Below, in pieces: positions 40,716 to 47,716 of a stretch of DNA of 64,000 nt (positions are counted from its first letter, which is position 1; the number at the start of each line of letters is the position of its first letter). Source of the stretch: Gemmiger formicilis (GTDB lineage Bacteria; Bacillota_I; Bacilli_A; RFN20; CAG-826); assembly GCA_963626345.1 (NCBI GenBank), contig CAVFXI010000015.1, positions 12,485 through 76,484 of the forward strand. The letters run 5' to 3'. Under the pieces are notes generated by a model, which ran no database searches, had not been told where the DNA came from, and worked only from the letters and a program-made list of their open reading frames with translations. The position numbers were made by a program, and so were the translations under genes.

Positions 40716-41272
40716 AATTGTTCCTTTCTTTCCTTTTCTTTTTTCATTTCTTTTATTCTTTTAAATGCTGCGTATGTTGCACATTCAGGGGAAACACAAC
40801 AATTATTCTCAATTTCTTCAACAGACATATCTTTTGTTTCTGCTGGCGGAACAAGAAGGTACCCTGCTAATGCATTTGCTTGCCATTCAGGATCTTTATA
40901 TGCTTGTGGTTTTTCTTCTGATTCCTTTGGATGTCTACCAGTTACTGTCATTAAAAAGAAATGACATAATTCATGTGTTAGTGTAAATCTACAACGTGGA
41001 TCATCACAACATGCTCCATCAAATTGCGATTCTTTAATAAATAAAGTGTTAGTTAAAAAATCATATTTGGCTAATTCCCCTTCACCAAATATTTTGTTGT
41101 TATCATCTAAAATTTGATACTCAAAATCCAAAAAGTTTTCGTTATTTTGCATAGACTCTAAAACATCAACAATAGGAAATTTTAGACTCTTACAATTAAA
41201 TAAATTCCTTATATTCTCTGCATATACTTTTAGTTGATGAGTATTTGTAGGAGCACAGAAATAATAAGACAC
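40712..41272 (-). CDS. ImmA/IrrE-family zinc metallopeptidase (CapP-like)
   Basis: HEXXH (LTHELCHFF) followed by the family signature PEWQANALAGYLLVP. Confidence 0.8.
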   Translation of the reverse strand: MSYYFCAPTNTHQLKVYAENIRNLFNCKSLKFPIVDVLESMQNNENFLDFEYQILDDNNKIFGEGELAKYDFLTNTLFIKESQFDGACCDDPRCRFTLTHELCHFFLMTVTGRHPKESEEKPQAYKDPEWQANALAGYLLVPPAETKDMSVEEIENNCCVSPECATYAAFKRIKEMKKEKERKEQL

Positions 41273-41273
41273 T

Positions 41274-41636
41274 TTATTTTTTCTCCTCCTCTTCTAATAG
41301 CTTTTTAAGTTTATCGAGAGTATTTGGATCAATATTTTTAATAGACCTTGCAAACATTAAAGAAACATTTTGTTGCTCTGCATCCATTGTTTCTAAATTC
41401 AAAGAGACTTTTTGCTGCGTAATATCAAAAGCATTTTGCAAATCTCTTTTTTGTTCATTGCCCAAATTATAAATATTTGAAATGTCCTCGACCCATTTTG
41501 CTGGAATGTTCTTTTTCCCAACTTCTACTGCGCTGAGAAACGAAGTGCTAACATTTAGTTTTTCAGCCATATCTTTCATATTTTCAAAATTATCTAATCT
41601 AATATGACGTAAAACTTTTCCAAATTCTGTGTACAT
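41274..41636 (-). CDS. XRE-family HTH regulator (CapH/ImmR-like), first gene of the operon
   Basis: HTH_3 (MYTEFGKVLRHIRLDNFENMKDMAEKLNVSTSFLSAVEVGKKNIP). Start placed at the Met with a GGAGGGA SD 7 nt upstream; a sigma70 promoter lies inside the ORF-track N-terminus. Confidence 0.8.
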   Translation of the reverse strand: MYTEFGKVLRHIRLDNFENMKDMAEKLNVSTSFLSAVEVGKKNIPAKWVEDISNIYNLGNEQKRDLQNAFDITQQKVSLNLETMDAEQQNVSLMFARSIKNIDPNTLDKLKKLLEEEEKK

Positions 41637-41651
41637 ATGGGTCCCTCCACT

Positions 41652-41680
41652 ATAATAAAATAAATAAATTTGCTTGTCAA
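41652..41680 (-). promoter_or_regulatory. near-consensus sigma70 promoter of the XRE-ImmA-nuclease-like operon
   Basis: Minus strand reads TTGACA-17 nt-TATTAT, then AGTGGAGGGACCCAT ATG. Confidence 0.6.
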
Positions 41681-41748
41681 CCATAAAGGTTGATAAATTT
41701 AACTTAATTTGTTTAAATTCTTTTCTACAAAATAATTATACAAGAATC

Positions 41749-42447
41749 TTATTCTTTTTCTTTAAAAAGTTTTATTTTTTCAAACTCTTTTTCTTCTAAT
41801 GGATTGTATTTATATTTTTTAATCATTTTTATAATTCTTTTTGCAACTTTATAGTCATTAAATAATTTTATTAGTTCATCATATATCTTTTGAATTAATT
41901 CTTCTAACGATCGCCCTTTTATAAACTCAACTTCAGTATCGCTAACCATTTCAAAAGTAAAACCTTCTAAAACAAAACCATCAATTAATAAAAGCACAAT
42001 TTTTATATAAAACAAAAATAGATTGGTTAAATTTTTCCTATGACTTCCTTTTTTCGCAGTTTTAATATTCTTAAAAATCTCAAAATCTTCAATAGAATAA
42101 CCACGAGGCAAACAGTAAATTAAAATAAAACAATTAATTAGCGATTCGCTTTCTTCATTAAACTTATTTCTTAAGATTTTTTCTTTTTCAAAATGGGCAT
42201 AAAAATTAACTAATGAATCACTAATAAAATAATCTCTGCAGTCTTTATTTATATATGTAGCTTGAAAATAATAAGATATCAAAACTGCATAAAAAGTTAT
42301 TCTTTCAATTTCATTAAATTTTTCATCTACTGAAATATCATAATTTTTAAACAAATCTAAAATATTCTTCTTTATATTATAAAAAGAAGTAAAACAACTT
42401 TCTTGGATGGTTCTAACCTTCCATTTATACTTAACATCGAAAATCAT
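41749..42447 (-). CDS. hypothetical protein, 232 aa, no recognisable domain
   Basis: ORF with an SD (GGGAGGAA). Its leader is the second copy of the C7 cassette. Confidence 0.5.
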   Translation of the reverse strand: MIFDVKYKWKVRTIQESCFTSFYNIKKNILDLFKNYDISVDEKFNEIERITFYAVLISYYFQATYINKDCRDYFISDSLVNFYAHFEKEKILRNKFNEESESLINCFILIYCLPRGYSIEDFEIFKNIKTAKKGSHRKNLTNLFLFYIKIVLLLIDGFVLEGFTFEMVSDTEVEFIKGRSLEELIQKIYDELIKLFNDYKVAKRIIKMIKKYKYNPLEEKEFEKIKLFKEKE

Positions 42448-42492
42448 AAAATTCCTCCCTTCACTATTAATAGGGGGGGAATTTAAAAAATT
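42448..42492 (-). repeat. Copy 2 of the 45-nt leader cassette AAATTTTTTAAATTCCCCCCCTATTAATAGTGAAGGGAGGAATTTT, with a C7 tract
   Basis: 37 of 37 core positions match copy 1 at 17855..17899. Placed between the stop of the 77-aa HTH gene and the ATG of the 232-aa gene. Confidence 0.75.
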
Positions 42493-42510
42493 TTTAAAAA
42501 ATTTTAAAAA

Positions 42511-42744
42511 TTAATTCGTTGCTTTTCTAACTAATACATAAATATCGTTATTTCTATCATAAATTAATTCACGTCCATCTCTCATGAATGTAAGATAATT
42601 ACGAATACTTTTCAAATAACGATAAAAAGACACATCAGTAATTTGAAGTTTGTCAGTTATTGACTTTTTTTCCATGCGCCCTCTTGTTTCAAGAGTTTCA
42701 AGCATGTATAGTAATGCGATACTTTTTCTCATTTTTATCCCCAA
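42511..42744 (-). CDS. small winged-helix DNA-binding protein (HTH_11/DeoR-N-like; resembles the N-terminal domain of WYL-type regulators)
   Basis: 77 aa; ...KKSITDKLQITDVSFYRYLKSIRNYL fits the HTH_11 pattern (VS.RTI.RDI..L). Confidence 0.4.
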   Translation of the reverse strand: MGIKMRKSIALLYMLETLETRGRMEKKSITDKLQITDVSFYRYLKSIRNYLTFMRDGRELIYDRNNDIYVLVRKATN

Positions 42745-42922
42745 TCTAAAAACTATTGCTTTAACTTATTTTTACTTAAATTTATTTTTTTGTCTATTTC
42801 AATTTCTTATTTTTTTAAAATAATTCGATTAACACTATCTATTTTTGATATTTAAAAAATTTATTTTCAACAAAACAGTAATTTTGTGCACTTTGCAATT
42901 CATTTAATTTATAATCTTTTGT

Positions 42923-43507
42923 ATGGAAAAAACGATTTATTTAATGAGACATGGAAGAACAATTTTTAACATTTTAAAGATTGTTCAAGGTTATGGTTCT
43001 GATAGCCCATTAACTATTAAAGCACGCAAAAAGGGGAAAGAAATCGCTAAATATATATGCGAGAAAAACATTAAATTCGATAACGTTTATGCAAGCGATA
43101 CAATGCGTGCAACAAAAACTGCAAAAATAGTTACAAAAAATAAATATAAAGTAATCAAGGTAAGAGACTTAAGAGAATTAAAATTTGGTGATTTAGAAAA
43201 AACTCACCAACATTTATCCTTCACAACAATTTTTGATACTCCTGGTTCTTTTGATGCATTTAATGGCGAAACTCCTGAGCAAGGTGCAAAAAGAATTTAT
43301 GATTGCTTAACTTCTTTAATCGAAAAGGAAGAAAACAATCAAATATTATGCGTTTCTAGTTCTTGTGTAATGATGAGTTTTTTAAAATATTATGCAAACG
43401 ATAGATATAAAAAAATTAGAGAAATAAATCGTTTCTTAAATTACACAACAATTGTCATAACTTATGAAAATGGAAAATTCAAAGTTAAGGATATAATTGA
43501 ATTCTAG
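42923..43507 (+). CDS. histidine phosphatase (phosphoglycerate mutase-family) protein
   Basis: RHG catalytic motif (LMRHGRTIFN); 194 aa. Confidence 0.8.
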   Translation: MEKTIYLMRHGRTIFNILKIVQGYGSDSPLTIKARKKGKEIAKYICEKNIKFDNVYASDTMRATKTAKIVTKNKYKVIKVRDLRELKFGDLEKTHQHLSFTTIFDTPGSFDAFNGETPEQGAKRIYDCLTSLIEKEENNQILCVSSSCVMMSFLKYYANDRYKKIREINRFLNYTTIVITYENGKFKVKDIIEF

Positions 43508-43629
43508 TTTTCTATAAATCTAATTTTTAGTTTTTTCAATTTATCACTAAAAACTATGTTTTTATAATGTTATAATATCAAAGATTTCTATTGAGGAAAT
43601 TAATTTAATTAATGAAAGGAGTCTTACTC

Positions 43630-44322
43630 ATGGAATACTCAGCTGAAATAAAACACATGTGTACAGTAAGAAACGGATGTGATGCTGGCGTTAGCCCACT
43701 CCCAGAAGAAGGAAAATGGGTTAAAGTTAAAGAGATTAAAGATATCTCTGGATTAAGTCATGGTATTGGTTGGTGCGCTCCACAACAAGGTTGTGCAAAG
43801 CTCACTCTTAATGTCAAAGATGGAATTATTGAAGAAGCTTTAGTTGAAACTATTGGATGTTCAGGAATGACTCATAGTGCTGCTATGGCTGTTGAAGTTT
43901 TACAAGGAAAAACCTTACTTGAAGCTGTTAATAGCGATCTTGTTTGCGATGCAATTAACGTTGCTATGAGAGAAATCTTCAAACAATTTATGTATGGTAG
44001 AACTCAAACTGCTTTCAGTGAAAATGGTTTACCAGTTGGATCATCACTCGATGATTTAGGAAAGAATTTAAGATCACAAGTCGGAACTATGTTTGCTAGT
44101 AAAGCAAAAGGTCCACGTTACCTTGAAATGACTGATGGATACGTTTTACACTTAGGTCTTGATAAAAATGATGAAGTTATTGGTTATCAATTTGTTAACT
44201 TAGGCAAAATGATGAAAGCCATTAGAGAAGGCGTTGATCCAAAAGAAGCTTATGAAAAAGCTATCGGAACCTATGGACGATATAAAGACGCAGTCAAAAC
44301 TATCGATCCAAGAAAGGAATAA
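43630..44322 (+). CDS. IscU/NifU-like FeS scaffold homologue (divergent; partner of the GGGtGRT protein)
   Basis: MEYSAEIKHMCTVRNGC...GWCAPQQGCAKLTLNVKDGIIEEALVETIGCSGMTHSAAMAVEVLQGKTLLEAV...LVCDAINVAM parallels IscU (YSEKVIDHYENPRN...CGDVMKLQIKV...GCGSAIASSS...GKSLDEA...HCSILAED) with three Cys retained. Start at the ATG after an AAAGGAG SD. Confidence 0.65.
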   Translation: MEYSAEIKHMCTVRNGCDAGVSPLPEEGKWVKVKEIKDISGLSHGIGWCAPQQGCAKLTLNVKDGIIEEALVETIGCSGMTHSAAMAVEVLQGKTLLEAVNSDLVCDAINVAMREIFKQFMYGRTQTAFSENGLPVGSSLDDLGKNLRSQVGTMFASKAKGPRYLEMTDGYVLHLGLDKNDEVIGYQFVNLGKMMKAIREGVDPKEAYEKAIGTYGRYKDAVKTIDPRKE

Positions 44323-44327
44323 TTATC

Positions 44328-45326
44328 ATGGTTACATTTGAAAATTATGAACGTAGAAAAGATTCTATCGATGCATGTTTAAAAGCTAATGGAATTAAAG
44401 ATTTAGAAGAATGCAGAGCAATGTGCCTTGAAAAAGGTGTTGATGTCGAAAAAATCGTTAAAGGTGTTCAACCAATTTGTTTTGATAACGCTGTTTGGGC
44501 CTATACTTTAGGTTGTGCTATTGCTATCAAACGTAATGTTAAAGAAGCTGAAAAAATTGCTGTTTGTATTGGTGAAGGTTTACAAGCTTTCACAGTTCCA
44601 GGAAGTGTCGCAAATATTCGTGAAGTCGGTTTAGGTCATGGAAATCTTGCTAGCATGCTTCTTGATGAAAAAACAACTTGTTTCTGTTTCTTAGCAGGTC
44701 ACGAATCATTCGCAGCCGCTGAAGGCGCAATTGGTATCGCTTTAAATGCTAACAAAGTTAGAAAGAACCCAATCAATGTTATCTTAAATGGCTTAGGAAA
44801 GAATGCTGCATATGTCATTAGCCGTATTAATGGCTTTACATATGTTCGTACAGAACTTGATAGACACACCAATACATTAAAGATTATTGATGAAATTAGA
44901 TTTAGTGAAGGCGATCGTGGAAATATTCGTTGCTATGGATCTGATGATGCCACAGAAGGCGTTGAAATTATGAAACATGAAAACGTTGGCGTTTCAATTA
45001 CTGGAAACTCAACCAACCCAACACGTTTCCAACACATCGTTGCTGGTCAATATAAGAACTGGTGCTGGAACCACGGAAAGAAATACTTCAGTGTTGCTAG
45101 TGGCGGCGGAACTGGTCGTACATTACACCCAGACAATATGGCTGCTGGTCCATCAAGTTATGGTTTAACAGATAATATGGGTCGTATGCATGCCGATGCT
45201 CAATTTGCAGGTAGCTCAAGTGTTCCTGCTCACGTTGAAATGATGGGCTTAATCGGTATGGGAAATAACCCAATGGTCGGTGCTAGTGTTGCTTGCTCAG
45301 TCGCTGTTTACGAAGCATTAAAGTAA
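44328..45326 (+). CDS. GGGtGRT-family uncharacterised protein
   Basis: 332 aa containing the literal GGGTGRT heptapeptide (aa 259-265; nt 45102..45122). Translationally coupled to the IscU-like gene (6-nt gap, SD AAAGGAA). Confidence 0.6.
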   Translation: MVTFENYERRKDSIDACLKANGIKDLEECRAMCLEKGVDVEKIVKGVQPICFDNAVWAYTLGCAIAIKRNVKEAEKIAVCIGEGLQAFTVPGSVANIREVGLGHGNLASMLLDEKTTCFCFLAGHESFAAAEGAIGIALNANKVRKNPINVILNGLGKNAAYVISRINGFTYVRTELDRHTNTLKIIDEIRFSEGDRGNIRCYGSDDATEGVEIMKHENVGVSITGNSTNPTRFQHIVAGQYKNWCWNHGKKYFSVASGGGTGRTLHPDNMAAGPSSYGLTDNMGRMHADAQFAGSSSVPAHVEMMGLIGMGNNPMVGASVACSVAVYEALK

Positions 45327-45349
45327 CTCCTTTAAAAAAATAAAAACTT

Positions 45350-45386
45350 AAGCATCTTGTTAAATTCAAGATGCTTTTATTTTTCA
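45350..45386 (+). terminator. intrinsic terminator of the iscU-like/GGGtGRT operon
   Basis: AAGCATCTTG-TTAAATT-CAAGATGCTT stem followed by TTTATTTTT. Confidence 0.75.
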
Positions 45387-45392
45387 AAAAAT

Positions 45393-45407
45393 ATATACGT
45401 TTTGGGC
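45393..45407. repeat. intergenic motif copy A: ATATACGTTTTGGGC, followed by TTTTTT
   Basis: Member of the ATATACGTTTYGGSC family. Confidence 0.6.
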
Positions 45408-45479
45408 TTTTTTAAAATCTTAAAAGTAAAGATGTAAATTATATTTGAGCCAATCACTATTAATTCATGCGTGAACCAC

Positions 45480-45504
45480 AAAAAAACACATACTTTCATA
45501 TGTG
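45480..45504 (-). terminator. intrinsic terminator of the M18 aminopeptidase gene
   Basis: Minus strand reads CACATATGAAAGTATGTG hairpin followed by TTTTTTT. Confidence 0.6.
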
Positions 45505-45520
45505 CTAATTTTGAAATTTA

Positions 45521-45535
45521 ATATACGTTTCGGCC
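45521..45535. repeat. intergenic motif copy B: ATATACGTTTCGGCC
   Basis: Identical 15-mer to copy C; sits 5 nt past the M18 gene stop codon (45541) on the minus strand. Confidence 0.6.
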
Positions 45536-45540
45536 TCTTT

Positions 45541-46812
45541 TTATAATTTTGCGTTATAAAATTCTTTAATTAATGAATACATATATTCAACATCTTTTGA
45601 ACCCGCAGTTTCATAACTTGAATGCATTGCAAGTTGTGCGCAGCCAATATCACAGGTTCTAATTCCAATTTGTGAATTACTTAAAGTTCCTAAAGTAGAT
45701 CCGCCTCTTATATCACTTTTGTTATAGAAAATTTGGAAAGGAATTTCTTTACTTTTGCAAAGCGAGATAATTGGTGCTGCAGTTTCTGCATCACTCATAT
45801 ATGCCATATTACTATTAAACTTAATAATTGGCCCTTTATTTAAATAAACTAAATTATTTGAGTCGCTTAATTCAGGATGATTTGGATGAACTGCATGTCC
45901 ATTATCAATTGATAAATTAAATGATCTTGCCATTGCTGAGAAAAATTCGTTTTCACTAAAATTTAAAGAATTTGATATACGTTTTAGTGTATTTTTTAAG
46001 AAATCACCATCTGCACCAGAATAAGTTTTACTGCCAATTTCTTCATTATTAAATGCGGCAAAAACAGAAATATTATCATTGTTACTTTCTAAAAATCCTC
46101 TTAAGCTTAAATAAGCACTTTCTAAATTATCAATTCTTGGAGACATAACAAATTCATCATTTGCTCCGCCAACATAACTTTTTGTGAAATTATACGTATT
46201 TAATTCATATGTGATAATTTTGCTTTCTTCAATGTTCAAATATGAACTAAGCTCTTTCAAGATTGAATTTTCTTCGCCACCTAGAGAAATAATAGGTTTT
46301 AAATCAATATCTTCGTTATATTTAAATCCATCATTAATCTGTCTATTAAAATGAATACAAACGTTAGGGATTATTAATAATGGTTTTTCAATATCAACAA
46401 ATTTTGTTTCGAATTTTCCATCATTTTCAACAATTACTCTACCAGCAATAGATAAAGGTCTATCAACCCAACTTGATAAGATTAAGCCACCATATTTTTC
46501 AATATTTAATTTATGATAACCATTCGTTACAACATCCTTTTCCATTTTTAATTTTAAACATGGAGAATCTAAATGCGACGATGCAATCGTGAAATTATAG
46601 TCTTTTATTTCGCAAGGAATTTTAAAAGCAATTACTCCGCTATCATTTCTAATCATGAAATAATTCTTGCCATATTCTAAAGAAAAATTCATTTTTTCAT
46701 CTAACTCAATAAAACCATTTGCTTTTAAGATTTCTCTAATATTATTTGCTGCATTAAATTCGCTATGTGTATGATTTAAAAAATCTAACAATCCTTCTAA
46801 AATGTAATTCAT
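45541..46812 (-). CDS. M18-family aminopeptidase (aspartyl aminopeptidase-like)
   Basis: SSHLDSPCLKLK (M18 HxDSP region) and C-terminal GCAQLAMHSSYE. Confidence 0.75.
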   Translation of the reverse strand: MNYILEGLLDFLNHTHSEFNAANNIREILKANGFIELDEKMNFSLEYGKNYFMIRNDSGVIAFKIPCEIKDYNFTIASSHLDSPCLKLKMEKDVVTNGYHKLNIEKYGGLILSSWVDRPLSIAGRVIVENDGKFETKFVDIEKPLLIIPNVCIHFNRQINDGFKYNEDIDLKPIISLGGEENSILKELSSYLNIEESKIITYELNTYNFTKSYVGGANDEFVMSPRIDNLESAYLSLRGFLESNNDNISVFAAFNNEEIGSKTYSGADGDFLKNTLKRISNSLNFSENEFFSAMARSFNLSIDNGHAVHPNHPELSDSNNLVYLNKGPIIKFNSNMAYMSDAETAAPIISLCKSKEIPFQIFYNKSDIRGGSTLGTLSNSQIGIRTCDIGCAQLAMHSSYETAGSKDVEYMYSLIKEFYNAKL

Positions 46813-46999
46813 AAATTTTCTTCCTTTTTCAACCTCAATAGTCTACCACAATTCACAAAAAGAATAAAAACAAGAATGGTTAATCTATCAATATTTAATA
46901 ATGAGCCAATAATCGCAGTTTTTACTGTTCAAATTAAAAATTAAGTTCAAAAAAGGTATTTTTTTACTGATTTTTATAGAAAGAATCGACACAATCCTA

Positions 47000-47021
47000 T
47001 ATAATCTATAAATAGATTATA
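47000..47021. promoter_or_regulatory. perfect 10-bp inverted repeat TATAATCTAT-AA-ATAGATTATA, overlapping the -10 region and abutting the hypB SD (candidate repressor operator)
   Basis: Checked base by base; ends at the AGGAG SD, 10 nt before the hypB ATG. Confidence 0.55.
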
Positions 47022-47030
47022 GGAGTTACT

Positions 47031-47714
47031 ATGGAAGATAAGGTACGGGTAATTGAGCTCAAAGAGAGTGTTTTTAAAAACAACGACGAAAAAGCTAACG
47101 AATTAAGAAAAGAACTCAAAGAAAATGGTGTATTCTTACTTAATTTGATGTCAAGCCCAGGAAGCGGAAAGACAACCACACTAACAAAACTCATCAATCG
47201 AATTAAAAACGAATTTAAGATTGGGGTTATGGAAGCAGATATTGATGGAGATATTGATACAAGCGACATAATCAAAAACACCGGGGTAAGTGCTATTCAA
47301 CTTCATACAGGAGGAATGTGCCACTTAGATGCCGGTATGACAAAACAAGGTTTAGATAGCCTAGAAAGTTTGAAAGATTTTGATTTAATTTTTCTAGAAA
47401 ATGTCGGCAATCTTGTATGCCCAGCTGAGTTTGATACAGGAGCTTCGAAGAGTGCAGTTATTCTCTCAGTTCCTGAAGGCGACGATAAACCACTCAAATA
47501 TCCACTTATGTTCGAAAAAGTTGATCTAGTTATAATCAACAAAATAGATGTTAAAGAATATTTCGATTTTGATTTCAAACAATGCGAAGAATGGATAAGA
47601 ATGAGAAATAAAAATTGCAAGATAATAAAAATATCTGCAAAGACTGAAGAAGGATTAGATGAATTGGCTGAATTTATTAAAAGTGAAGTGAACACTTGGA
47701 AAGGAAATGAATAA
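47031..47714 (+). CDS. hypB: Ni-insertion GTPase HypB
   Basis: P-loop SPGSGKTT, CH motif GGMCH, and ENVGNLVCPA (HypB-specific; UreG differs). No N-terminal His/Cys-rich metal-binding tail. Confidence 0.85.
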   Translation: MEDKVRVIELKESVFKNNDEKANELRKELKENGVFLLNLMSSPGSGKTTTLTKLINRIKNEFKIGVMEADIDGDIDTSDIIKNTGVSAIQLHTGGMCHLDAGMTKQGLDSLESLKDFDLIFLENVGNLVCPAEFDTGASKSAVILSVPEGDDKPLKYPLMFEKVDLVIINKIDVKEYFDFDFKQCEEWIRMRNKNCKIIKISAKTEEGLDELAEFIKSEVNTWKGNE

Positions 47715-47716
47715 TT

